In this document: positions 6,488 through 16,023 of the stretch, piece after piece
How the letters are laid out: every line of letters starts with the position of its first letter
Position numbering within the stretch: the first letter of the stretch is position 1
Assembly (NCBI GenBank): GCA_964366335.1
Contig: CAYITQ010000001.1
Span: forward strand, 41,336 to 105,335
Length of the DNA stretch: 64,000 bases
Source of the DNA: an uncultured Gammaproteobacteria bacterium
GTDB taxonomy: Bacteria; Patescibacteriota; Microgenomatia; CAZETR01; Amesbacteraceae
Reading direction: 5' to 3'
Program-made: the position numbers and the translations under genes
Notes under the pieces: model-generated
The model's input: the letters and a program-made list of their open reading frames with translations, nothing else
Database searches by the model: none
Told to the model about the DNA's origin: nothing

Positions 6488-8041
6488 ATGTTAAGGAAAC
6501 TTGGTTTTATTTTAGCACTTGGGTTGGTCTTGAGGATAGGACTTTTGACCAAAGTTCCGTCTGAGCTGTTTGGAGACGAAGTTGATGTGGGTTATCAAGC
6601 GTATTCTTTATTGAAAACCGGCCAAGACATTTACCGCCAAACTCTGCCTTTTTATGTTCATTCCCTAGCTGAATGGCGGGCACCCCTTCTCATGTATGCC
6701 ACCGTCCCGACAATTGCAGTAGCCGGTCTCAATGAATACGGCGCCCGCCTGCCAGAAGTGATTTTTGGGGTTTTAGGCATAGCCATAATATTTTTATTGA
6801 CGAGGAAATATTCTGTGGCTCTAGCTTTGGCAATTATGCCCTGGCATATTCACTATTCTAGGGCTGCTTTTGAAGTTGTACTCATGCTTGATCTAATCAT
6901 GCTGGGAACACTCTTGTTTCTCAAAAAACGTTTTTTGTTAGGTTTTATATTTTTTGCCCTGAGTCTTTATACATATAGTACTGCCATGTTGTTTGTCCCG
7001 CTGTGGATAGGCTATTTACTTATCAAAGAAAAAGCTTTTCCAATCTTGCAGGGACTGGTTTTTGGATTGTTGATAACACCACTTATTTATTTTATTTTTT
7101 TGGGTCCTGCCCGCGACCGGTTTGGGATTCTGAGCCTGACAAACAACCGCGAAATAATTGACAAAGTCTTTACACTCAGAAAAGAATCTTCTTCTCCTTA
7201 CATAAAATTCTTTGTAAATAAATATTTCATGGTCGGGGGAGAATGGTTTATGAATTATTTACGGCCCTTCTCGTCCGAATTTTTGTTTGTCAGGGGAGAC
7301 CCTGTTATGCGCCATAGCATTCAAGCGATCGGACAATTATTACCCCTGATGGCACCATTTTTGTTAATTGGTCTCTATGTCTTGGCCAAGAAAAGACAAT
7401 GGCTGTGGCTTGTCTGGTTGGCTCTTGCTCCCATCCCAGCATCTCTGACTTCTGATGGTGGCTATCATGCCACCCGCCTGTTTCTAATGGTCCCGCCACT
7501 TGCTGTCGCCATCGGCACCGGTCTCTCTCAAATTAAAAACCGCCTGTTACTTGTCTCCTGTCTCCTGTTACTATCAGCCCAACTGGTTTGGGCCGGCTAC
7601 TATTACCTCAATCATTATTCCAAACAATCCTGGCGTTGGTGGCATGTGGGTTACAAAAATATTCTTACCCAAATCCCCGCTCTCAGTGAAAATTATTCCA
7701 GGATATTTATAAACAACACTTATGAGCCGGCCCTGATGCGGTTTTTGTTTTGGACCAAATATGATCCTGCTAAGTTTCATAAGAACTTTACGGATGACAA
7801 ACCCTTAGACAATATTGTTCCCGGATATGACGGCTTTAGTCTGGATGGTAAATATTTCTTTGGCGCTTTCAACGGAAAAGAAAAACTTTTTCTTCCGGGA
7901 AGTCTATATATGATATCCCAGCGCGATGATGTGGGGGGAGATTGGGATTGGCGGGAATCACCTCCTGATAACATAAATCTAATAGGCGCCAGTAGCAATC
8001 TGTACGGTCAAGCGGTATTTTATTTGGTATCCAAAAAATGA
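6488..8041 (+). CDS. GT-C fold membrane glycosyltransferase, PMT/ArnT-like (GT39/GT83-type)
   Basis: About 12 TM helices. Loop-1 GDEVDVGYQAYSLLKTGQD 'DE' motif characteristic of the PMT/ArnT family. C-terminal soluble domain. Confidence 0.8.
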   Translation: MLRKLGFILALGLVLRIGLLTKVPSELFGDEVDVGYQAYSLLKTGQDIYRQTLPFYVHSLAEWRAPLLMYATVPTIAVAGLNEYGARLPEVIFGVLGIAIIFLLTRKYSVALALAIMPWHIHYSRAAFEVVLMLDLIMLGTLLFLKKRFLLGFIFFALSLYTYSTAMLFVPLWIGYLLIKEKAFPILQGLVFGLLITPLIYFIFLGPARDRFGILSLTNNREIIDKVFTLRKESSSPYIKFFVNKYFMVGGEWFMNYLRPFSSEFLFVRGDPVMRHSIQAIGQLLPLMAPFLLIGLYVLAKKRQWLWLVWLALAPIPASLTSDGGYHATRLFLMVPPLAVAIGTGLSQIKNRLLLVSCLLLLSAQLVWAGYYYLNHYSKQSWRWWHVGYKNILTQIPALSENYSRIFINNTYEPALMRFLFWTKYDPAKFHKNFTDDKPLDNIVPGYDGFSLDGKYFFGAFNGKEKLFLPGSLYMISQRDDVGGDWDWRESPPDNINLIGASSNLYGQAVFYLVSKK

Positions 8042-9258
8042 TTCGTAAATTACTTATATTTTCGGTAGTGATTATATTATTTGTCTGGCGGATTTTTCTT
8101 TCGGTCAACGCCAAGCATGGCGACATGTACAATAATATTAGCTGGGGAAGGGTAGCCTACAAACAGGAAGGTCTGGCCGGATATTATGAATTACCCAAAG
8201 AGGTCTGGTCTCACAGCCGGCCCAACCAGCCACCTGGTAGCATTTGGCTTCATCTTGCATCAGAAAATATTTATTACTCAACTGATAAACTGATAAACTG
8301 GCTAAACGGTAAACTACCGGTGTTTCCCTCAACGCTGGTTTGGTTTTGGCAGGATCATGGTGAGGTTATCTCGATCAAAATATTTTCAATATTAGCTGAC
8401 TTTGCGATAGCCCTTTTATTGTATAAAGCCGGCGGAAAAGGATTGGCTTTGATTTACCTGGTTAGTCCACCCATGTGGTACAACTCAAGCTACTGGGGCC
8501 AGACGGATCCGATTGTAGCGGCCTTAGCACTCTGGTCAATATACTTTCTGATCAAGGGAAAACTAGCCAGATCCGGCATACTTCTCGGACTTTCTTTGAT
8601 TACCAAGGCTTCGTGGGCGCCACTAACACTCTTCTATTTAATTTATTTTTGTCAAAATTTTCCCAGAAAAGTCTATAATTTGGTATTTATACCAGTAACG
8701 GCTATTTTGACTGCTTGGCCGTTTCACCCACAAACAGATCTCGTTTTTTGGCTGTACGATTTGTTTGTGACCAGAATACTGCCGGGAGAAACTGCTTTAG
8801 CTACCGTGGGTGCTTTTAATCTACATCACATAATCTGGGGTCAGATGGTCAACCATTGGTTTTCGACTATTTTAGCCATGATTATCTTAATTCCCTTAAT
8901 TATATATATGGCCATTAATTTGTTTCGGAAATCCGACCCCTTGAGACTTATTTATTGGCTGGCTCTCTTATTTTGGGCTTTCTTTTTGTTTAATACCAAA
9001 ATGCACGAACGCTACCTTTATCCCATTTTTCCGTTATTATCTTTTTTATTGGTTTTGAAACCGACTATAAAATTATTGATAATATACGTGCTAATCTCGC
9101 TGGTATTTTTGTTTAATATGTACTACATGTGGTATGCGCCCAATATCCCATGGTTGATGTCGCTGTATACACCCGAAGTTCTAGATTTCGTGAGTTTGGT
9201 TAATATTATTTTGTTTATCGCCTTTTTTAAGCTAAAATCAAGTTATGTTCAAGACTAA
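8038..9258 (+). CDS. polytopic membrane protein, probable GT-C-like glycosyltransferase
   Basis: 406 aa, many TM helices. HGDMYNNISWG loop near the N-terminus. Translationally coupled (ATGA) to the upstream PMT-like gene. Confidence 0.45.
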   Translation: MIRKLLIFSVVIILFVWRIFLSVNAKHGDMYNNISWGRVAYKQEGLAGYYELPKEVWSHSRPNQPPGSIWLHLASENIYYSTDKLINWLNGKLPVFPSTLVWFWQDHGEVISIKIFSILADFAIALLLYKAGGKGLALIYLVSPPMWYNSSYWGQTDPIVAALALWSIYFLIKGKLARSGILLGLSLITKASWAPLTLFYLIYFCQNFPRKVYNLVFIPVTAILTAWPFHPQTDLVFWLYDLFVTRILPGETALATVGAFNLHHIIWGQMVNHWFSTILAMIILIPLIIYMAINLFRKSDPLRLIYWLALLFWAFFLFNTKMHERYLYPIFPLLSFLLVLKPTIKLLIIYVLISLVFLFNMYYMWYAPNIPWLMSLYTPEVLDFVSLVNIILFIAFFKLKSSYVQD

Positions 9259-10828
9259 CTGGATAGTGGTAGGATTTATGGTCTTGGGATTTGTGCTTCG
9301 AACAGTTTGGCTTGCTAAATATCCGGCTGGTTTCACCCCGGACGAGGCTGCCTTTGGCTACAATGCCTATTCAATCTTGCAAACAGGTAAGGATGAGTGG
9401 GGAACTCCTTGGTGGCAATTGTTTTCCTCAAATATGCGCTCTTTTGGCGATTACAAGCTTCCCCTCTATACTTTCTTGGCCATTCCTAGTATAAAACTGT
9501 TTGGTTTAAATGAATTTGCCACCAGACTTCCAAATGCGATTATTGGGACATTGGCCATAGGGGCGATATATTTATTGACAAAGAGATTGTCCGCTGCCGT
9601 AATTCTGACACTCTCGCCCTGGGCAATTAGTATGTCCCGGGGGGCATTTGAAGCCAATCTCGCCACCTTGTTTTTGCCTCTGGGAATATATTTATTTTTG
9701 AGAAACAAATATTGGCTCAGCGCAATTATTTTTGCTTTGAGCTTTTATTCATATCATTCAGCAAGACTCGTGACACCAATAATCATTCTCATTCTGGTTT
9801 TGTATAAAAAAGTGAATAAAGAAGTATTACTACCAAGTTTACTTTTGGGTATTTTGTTAATTCCGGGATTATTCTCGATGGTGTCTCGAGGTAGTGCCCG
9901 GACGGCCGATGTCAGTATCATCAGTCCGACTGGTGGTTGGAGTGCAGTAGCCGATCGGAGATTTGAAGCCATTGTTGTTGGACTTCCGGATTCTGTCAGC
10001 AGATTCTTTTCCAACAAACCAATTTATGTAGTATCTGCTTTTGTCAAAAATTATTTGTCATATTGGTCACCACAATTCTGGTTTACTAGTGGGGCTGGCG
10101 AAGCTACTTATGGCATGATTACCGGCCGCGGGACATTTTATTATGTTGAAATCATATTCTTGGCTGGATTTTTAATATTATTTATCCGAAACCCCAATAA
10201 AGAATATTTGTTTATCCTGTTACTGGCAGCTATCAGCTTTGTTCCATCAGCTTTATCCAAAGGTCCTGGATATGCTGCCAACCGTGCCGTCATCGCCCTG
10301 CCATTTTTAATTATGATGCTCTCTCTGGGATCAGAATTTATATTAAAGAAAAAATCCTTAATTATTCTAACTTCTATCTTCTACCTTCTATCTTCCGTAT
10401 ATTTTATAGAGGACTACCTCTACCATGCACCCAAAAATAGTGCTAGGTCAATGAATTATGGCTGGACGGATTTGATGCCGAGGCTAATGCCAATAGCCAG
10501 TAGATTTGAAGACGTCAGATTTAGCAGATCACTTTCCGAGCCACATATATTTCTGGCTTTTTATACCAAGGCCGATCCAAAAGTTTATCAGCAGTATTCT
10601 TCGGGGTGGCTGGAATTTGAAAAGAAGGGCCTGAAATTTCTGGATCAATATGATGGTTATTATTTGGAAAAATTCCGCTTTGGGGATTTGAAGTATGGAG
10701 AACAGGTAACTAAACCAACCTTATATATAGGTAGACCGGATGAATTTCCGGACGATACCGGTTACTATATCAAAACGTTTTATCCGGACGGAACGCCAGA
10801 CATGATGGTAGCAGAAAAACAACCATGA
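9245..10828 (+). CDS. GT-C fold membrane glycosyltransferase, PMT/ArnT-like
   Basis: FTPDEAAFGYNAYSILQTGKDEWG DE motif. Multi-TM core plus C-terminal domain. Paralog of 6488, 12351, 14518 and 16020. Confidence 0.8.
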   Translation: MFKTNWIVVGFMVLGFVLRTVWLAKYPAGFTPDEAAFGYNAYSILQTGKDEWGTPWWQLFSSNMRSFGDYKLPLYTFLAIPSIKLFGLNEFATRLPNAIIGTLAIGAIYLLTKRLSAAVILTLSPWAISMSRGAFEANLATLFLPLGIYLFLRNKYWLSAIIFALSFYSYHSARLVTPIIILILVLYKKVNKEVLLPSLLLGILLIPGLFSMVSRGSARTADVSIISPTGGWSAVADRRFEAIVVGLPDSVSRFFSNKPIYVVSAFVKNYLSYWSPQFWFTSGAGEATYGMITGRGTFYYVEIIFLAGFLILFIRNPNKEYLFILLLAAISFVPSALSKGPGYAANRAVIALPFLIMMLSLGSEFILKKKSLIILTSIFYLLSSVYFIEDYLYHAPKNSARSMNYGWTDLMPRLMPIASRFEDVRFSRSLSEPHIFLAFYTKADPKVYQQYSSGWLEFEKKGLKFLDQYDGYYLEKFRFGDLKYGEQVTKPTLYIGRPDEFPDDTGYYIKTFYPDGTPDMMVAEKQP

Positions 10829-12372
10829 ATAAATTTCTATTAGTTTTAGTCCTGCTTTTGATTCCTGCTTTTGGCTTGATGCTTAGACCTGGAGTTTATA
10901 CCATGCATGATTTTCATGTCTTCCGCCAGCAACAATTTGAAAAATGTTTGCAGATAACCAAAAACTTTCCGTGCCGATGGTCCGGCGATGCCGGATTAGG
11001 TTATGGAGAACCAGTCTTTAATTTTTATGGTCAATTCCCATATTGGATTGGAGAAGTATTCAGAATATCAGGATTGTCAATTTTGGATTCTGTCAAAGCC
11101 AATTTTATATTGACATTAATTGCATCGGCGGTGGCGATGTACTTTCTTGCCCGGAAATTTTGGTCAAATTCAGGAGCCTTAGTCTCTGCGGTATTCTATG
11201 CCTATGCACCTTATCGGGCTGTCGATATTTGGGTGCGGGGAGCACTCAATGAATCTCTGGCTTTTATCTTTTTTCCTTTGATACTTTTATTTATCAAAGA
11301 ATTTATATCTACAAACAAGAATAAATATTTATTTTGGCTAATATTATCACTGGCAGGACTGACACTGACACATAATTTGTCGCTTTTGGTTTTTGCTCCA
11401 TTTGCAATTATATGGAGTATATTTTGGTGGTGGAAGAGCAATAGATCTATTCATTTAATTTATGATTTGACTAGCGCAGGATTAGCAAGCGTTCTGTTAT
11501 CAGCCTTTTATTTATTGCCTGTCATATTTGAAAGTAGTTTAGTAACTCTAAATCAGACAACTTCCGGTTATTATGATTTTCATTTGCATTACGCGACTCT
11601 GCGACAATTATTTCTTTCCACTTTTTGGGGATTTGGCGGATCTACCTGGGGTCCCAATGATACCATGAGTTTTGCGGTCGGACATTTACATTGGATATTG
11701 GCAATAATATTAGTCGTGTTCGTGTTGATAAAAAAAAGAAACAAAGAAATATTATTTTTTATCTCTCTCGGTCTCTTTGCTATCTTTCTTACTCACGGTA
11801 AATCAGACTTTATCTGGAATCTGGTTAAACCCATGGCTTATATCCAGTTTCCCTGGCGGTTTTTGACTATGTCCACCTTATTTTTATCGCTGGCGATGGG
11901 AGCCGTTACAAAATTGATTCCAAAACCGATATGGATTGTTTTATTGGTGCTGGGAATAACATTTTATGCTGGGAATTTCCACTCGGATATCTGGAGAGAT
12001 ATTACAGACAGTCAGCAATTCAGTGGCCAATTATGGGATGAGCAGAGAAGCTCGGCCCTGTCAGACTTCTGGCCAAAATCGGCCAAGCTTCCAAATAATT
12101 TCGCTCCCAAATCACCTGAAATAATTCTGGAGACTGACAGCTATCAAAAAATCCGCTATCCGATTGTTTATTTTCCGGGTTGGACGGCACGAAGCAATAA
12201 ACAAAAATTATTTATTTATCCAAGTGGGGAATTAGGTTTGATTACTGTGAGGGCTCCGGTAAATTCAAATATAAAATTATCTTTTGAAGATTCGCCGGTC
12301 AGAAAAATCGGAAACATTGTCAGTCTGATTACCTTATTTGGATTAATGATTTGGATGTGGAAAAAATCTTAA
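10825..12372 (+). CDS. polytopic membrane protein (possible YfhO/GT-C-like)
   Basis: 515 aa. N-terminal TMHDFHVFRQ loop. About 12 TM helices. C-terminal soluble domain ending in a TM anchor. Confidence 0.45.
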   Translation: MNKFLLVLVLLLIPAFGLMLRPGVYTMHDFHVFRQQQFEKCLQITKNFPCRWSGDAGLGYGEPVFNFYGQFPYWIGEVFRISGLSILDSVKANFILTLIASAVAMYFLARKFWSNSGALVSAVFYAYAPYRAVDIWVRGALNESLAFIFFPLILLFIKEFISTNKNKYLFWLILSLAGLTLTHNLSLLVFAPFAIIWSIFWWWKSNRSIHLIYDLTSAGLASVLLSAFYLLPVIFESSLVTLNQTTSGYYDFHLHYATLRQLFLSTFWGFGGSTWGPNDTMSFAVGHLHWILAIILVVFVLIKKRNKEILFFISLGLFAIFLTHGKSDFIWNLVKPMAYIQFPWRFLTMSTLFLSLAMGAVTKLIPKPIWIVLLVLGITFYAGNFHSDIWRDITDSQQFSGQLWDEQRSSALSDFWPKSAKLPNNFAPKSPEIILETDSYQKIRYPIVYFPGWTARSNKQKLFIYPSGELGLITVRAPVNSNIKLSFEDSPVRKIGNIVSLITLFGLMIWMWKKS

Positions 12373-13841
12373 TAATAATTATTCTTGTGACCGGCATCGT
12401 TTGGAGATTGCCGTATTTTGCACCCTCTAGTTTCAATTGGGATGAAGTTTCTCTCGGATATAATTCTTATTCAATGTTGAAGTCTGGAGCGGATGAATGG
12501 GGTATAAAAATGCCAACAATATTTCGAGCTTATGGTGATTACAAGCTTCCGGTATATGTCTACATGACCACACTCTGGCCGCAATTCCCCCGCACTACAT
12601 CTATCATTGCAGGCGTACTGACAATGCTGATTTCCTATTTATTGGTCCGAAAAATATTTAATAAAGAAACTGCGCTTGTTACTTTGGCACTTGTCACTCT
12701 GTCACCCTGGACAGTCATGCTCTCTCGTTTGGCTCTCGAGGCAAACTTAGCCGTTTTATTTATTTCCTTGGGCATGCTCTGCTTGGTCTCCAAAAAACAC
12801 CTCTGGTCAATAATCTTTTTTGGCATCTCGGTTTGGACTTACAACAGTGCGCGAGTATTTACTCCTTTATTTTTAGCTTGTTATTTAATCATAAACAAAA
12901 ATTATAAAAAGTTTACTTCTATGAACTATATACTATTAATTATTTTCTTTTTGCCGATGATATATCAATTATTAAACTCCACAGGTCAAGCACGATACAG
13001 TAAATTGTCACTTATAGACGACGGAGCTATAGGCAAAATAAATAAATTACAAACAACTCAATGGGGAGGACGCATGGTTTACAACAAAGCCACTTATTTT
13101 GCAGCCGCTTTTGCCAAAAATTATGTATCATATTTATCACCCAGTTTTTTGTTTATCAAAGGTGGCGATCACTATCAATTCAGCGTCCAAAATTATGGTC
13201 TTTTGTATCTAATATGTCTGCCTTTTTATTATATTGGATTAACAAAAGTTTTTAATAATAAATTACTTTTATTGTGGCTCTTAATAGCTCCAATCGCAGG
13301 AAGTATTACCCGTGATAGTCCTCACACCCTTCGAGCCATCACAATGCTGCCATTGCCAATGATACTTACCGCTCTTGGTGTAGTATCTATATTAAAAAAA
13401 TATTATTTAGTAATATTGCCAATTATTATATTATCTTCGATAAACTATCAACTAGCTACTAACTCCTATCTCCTAAACTACTCATGGTCTTGGCAATATG
13501 GCTATAAAGAAGTAGTTCAATTAATCAAACAAGACTACGATAAATACGATCAGATTATTTTTACCAAAAAATATGGTGAACCGCATGAATTTGTAGCCTT
13601 TTATTGGCCCTGGGATCCGGCTGATTTTGCCAAAAGTAAATCCTGGGACTATCATGCCAATTGGTATTGGGTCAACGAACTGGATAAAATTAAATTTGTA
13701 AATGATTGGGAAATGAAATCATATGTATATAAACCCAAGACACTAATTATCGCCAGTCCGGAAAATATTCCCGCGGGATCCGAAATCAAGCGAATTAATT
13801 TCCTAGACGGCAAACCCGCTTTTATAATTAAAGAATTATGA
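12351..13841 (+). CDS. GT-C fold membrane glycosyltransferase, PMT/ArnT-like
   Basis: FNWDEVSLGYNSYSMLKSGADEWG DE motif. Start is TTG at 12351 (alternative GTG at 12357). Overlaps the upstream gene. Confidence 0.75.
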   Translation: MDVEKILIIIILVTGIVWRLPYFAPSSFNWDEVSLGYNSYSMLKSGADEWGIKMPTIFRAYGDYKLPVYVYMTTLWPQFPRTTSIIAGVLTMLISYLLVRKIFNKETALVTLALVTLSPWTVMLSRLALEANLAVLFISLGMLCLVSKKHLWSIIFFGISVWTYNSARVFTPLFLACYLIINKNYKKFTSMNYILLIIFFLPMIYQLLNSTGQARYSKLSLIDDGAIGKINKLQTTQWGGRMVYNKATYFAAAFAKNYVSYLSPSFLFIKGGDHYQFSVQNYGLLYLICLPFYYIGLTKVFNNKLLLLWLLIAPIAGSITRDSPHTLRAITMLPLPMILTALGVVSILKKYYLVILPIIILSSINYQLATNSYLLNYSWSWQYGYKEVVQLIKQDYDKYDQIIFTKKYGEPHEFVAFYWPWDPADFAKSKSWDYHANWYWVNELDKIKFVNDWEMKSYVYKPKTLIIASPENIPAGSEIKRINFLDGKPAFIIKEL

Positions 13842-14443
13842 TAGTATTTATTGATGAGTCTGGGATTCATAAGCAAATAGGTCATTCGAGTGCTTCGGTA
13901 GTTTACGTTTGGACTCAGGATTTGGATAAATTTGAAAAAGGAATTGAGAGTTTAAATCAAAAGTTGAAAATAAATTATTTTCATTGGACTGAAAGTAGTT
14001 GGGAATTAAAAGAAAAATTTTTAGTCGGTGTCAGAAAATTAGATTTTCTATTTAAAGTTATCGTTTTTGATAACCCCATTAAATATCAGCAAATAATCGA
14101 GGTGGTCTTTAAGCATTTATTGGTGGAAAATGTGGATAAAGTATTCATTGACGGCAAAAAACCCGAATGGTATGAACGGAAACTAAAAAAAGTTTTAAGG
14201 GATATGGGAAACTCGGTTAAAAAACTGAAGACGATAAGAAATGAGTCGGCACATCCAGGAATCCAATTGGCAGATGCAATTGCTGGTTTATATAGGTACC
14301 AAGCCGATAATCCAAATTCTAAAATTGCGTCGGAGTTAGTGAAGAAATTAAATAAAAATGAAGTAATGTCAAGTAGCTTTAATGCCGATAATTATTTTAC
14401 CAAGAAAAACCCCGACAAAAGCCGGGGTCAGCGTCCCGGATAG
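13838..14443 (+). CDS. DUF3800-like protein (predicted RNase-H-like fold, soluble)
   Basis: N-terminal MIVFIDESGI and C-terminal HPGIQLADAIAGLY motifs match the DUF3800 pattern (YIDESG ... QLADxxAG). No TM segments. ATGA-coupled to the upstream PMT gene. Confidence 0.5.
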   Translation: MIVFIDESGIHKQIGHSSASVVYVWTQDLDKFEKGIESLNQKLKINYFHWTESSWELKEKFLVGVRKLDFLFKVIVFDNPIKYQQIIEVVFKHLLVENVDKVFIDGKKPEWYERKLKKVLRDMGNSVKKLKTIRNESAHPGIQLADAIAGLYRYQADNPNSKIASELVKKLNKNEVMSSSFNADNYFTKKNPDKSRGQRPG

Positions 14444-14517
14444 TTCACCATTGGTGTACTTTTCCACACGGGAATTTGTCACCGGTAGCTAGTTATGAGA
14501 TTATTATACGATAACTT

Positions 14518-16023
14518 ATGAAAATGTCAAGATTAATGATACTAATTTTTATTGTTTCTCTTGGTCTTACACTTAGACTGTTTTACTTAGACTCGCGTCC
14601 GGTGGGTTTTACCTGGGATGAAGCGGCCTTGGGATACAACGCCTATTCATTACTAAAGACGGGAAAGGATGAATATGGGAAAATTTTGCCGGTGGTATTT
14701 AAATCCTTTGGCGATTACAAGCCCGGATTATATATATATCTTACTGTCCCGGCCATAAAAATATTTGGTCTGTCAGAATTCGCCACCCGATTACCATCAG
14801 CGATCTTTGGAACGTTATTAATTGTCGTTGTGTATTTATTGGTTTCGAAATTACTTAGCGCTCAGCACCTAGCCCTTAGCACGGCATTTCTTCTTGCGAT
14901 TAATCCCTGGTCCATTCACTTCTCCCGTGGTGCCTGGGAAGCCAACATAGCGCTATTTCTGACGACATTAGCTACATTATTGTTTATAAAAAAGCGCTAT
15001 ATATATTCAAGTTTATTTTTTGGATTAACGCTATTTACCTATCAGGGGGCCAAGATGTTTACCCCGCTCTTAGTTTTATCACTTTTGATAATTTATAAAC
15101 CAAATATTAAAAAACTGTTTTGGCCAGGAGTATTAGGATTACTTCTGTTATTACCAATCCTTTGGAATCTTGATTCACAATCCGGAAGGTTGAAGGTCTT
15201 TAGTATCTTTAATTATCAGGGAAATTTAGTCAGGGGAATTACCCAGCGTTACCTAAATCACCTTTCTCCGAAATATTTGTTTTTTACGGGAGACTGGTCA
15301 AATTTGCGTCAGAGTATTCCCTATTATGGCTACTTCCACCTGCCCGAAATTATCACCATCGCAATCGGTCTGATTGTTCTTCTAAGAACTAATAACCAAG
15401 TAACCAAGCTACTAATAACATGGCTATTAATTGTTATTTTACCTTCCGCCCTATCCCGTGATATTGTCTCTGGTGTCCGCTCTCTGCCTATGGTAATACC
15501 GTTAGTAATTATGTCCGGAATCGGACTTGCAAAATTATTTTATTATCACCGCCTTTTATACATTTATACATTTATACTTTTATCCTTATTTATTTTATTC
15601 TTGGATCTCTATTTTATCCATGCTCCCAATTTCGTAGCCCGTGACATGATGTATGGTTATAAACAAGCTCTTCAAATAATCAAACCGTACTTAGATAGGT
15701 ATGATAGGGTAATATTTACAGACAAACTTGGTCAGCCGTATATATATACTTTATTCTATTACACAATAGACCCAGGCAGTTATCAAAAACAAGCAAATTT
15801 AATATTAGATTCCCAGGGGGATGTAGGAAAAGTGGAAAAGTGGGGTAAGTTTTTGTATCAGCCACCCGATTGGCGATATCAGCGGGGTGACAACTCAACC
15901 ATATTTGTGGGTGATAATTACGAATTGCCCGATCAGGATATGAATCCGGTAAATTTAATTAAATTGGGTGAAGTTTACTATCCAAATGGCAAACACGCGC
16001 TTAGAATAGTGGCTCTAAAATGA
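14518..16023 (+). CDS. GT-C fold membrane glycosyltransferase, PMT/ArnT-like
   Basis: FTWDEAALGYNAYSLLKTGKDEYG DE motif. Contains a heptamer-repeat tract at 14854-14882. Confidence 0.8.
   Translation: MKMSRLMILIFIVSLGLTLRLFYLDSRPVGFTWDEAALGYNAYSLLKTGKDEYGKILPVVFKSFGDYKPGLYIYLTVPAIKIFGLSEFATRLPSAIFGTLLIVVVYLLVSKLLSAQHLALSTAFLLAINPWSIHFSRGAWEANIALFLTTLATLLFIKKRYIYSSLFFGLTLFTYQGAKMFTPLLVLSLLIIYKPNIKKLFWPGVLGLLLLLPILWNLDSQSGRLKVFSIFNYQGNLVRGITQRYLNHLSPKYLFFTGDWSNLRQSIPYYGYFHLPEIITIAIGLIVLLRTNNQVTKLLITWLLIVILPSALSRDIVSGVRSLPMVIPLVIMSGIGLAKLFYYHRLLYIYTFILLSLFILFLDLYFIHAPNFVARDMMYGYKQALQIIKPYLDRYDRVIFTDKLGQPYIYTLFYYTIDPGSYQKQANLILDSQGDVGKVEKWGKFLYQPPDWRYQRGDNSTIFVGDNYELPDQDMNPVNLIKLGEVYYPNGKHALRIVALK
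14854..14882 (+). repeat. degenerate heptanucleotide tandem tract (CTTAGCG CTCAGCA CCTAGCC CTTAGCA C) within the coding sequence
   Basis: 7-nt periodicity read directly from the sequence. Shares the core AGCACTTAGCCCTTAGCAC with tracts at 16351, 16513 and 17003. Confidence 0.55.

Noticed and set aside
14444-14517. Intergenic gap after the DUF3800 gene as a terminator or small RNA
   Set aside because: CCGGG-N8-CCCGG is a possible 5-bp stem, but it lies inside the end of the coding sequence and is not followed by a T-run. It is too weak to call.
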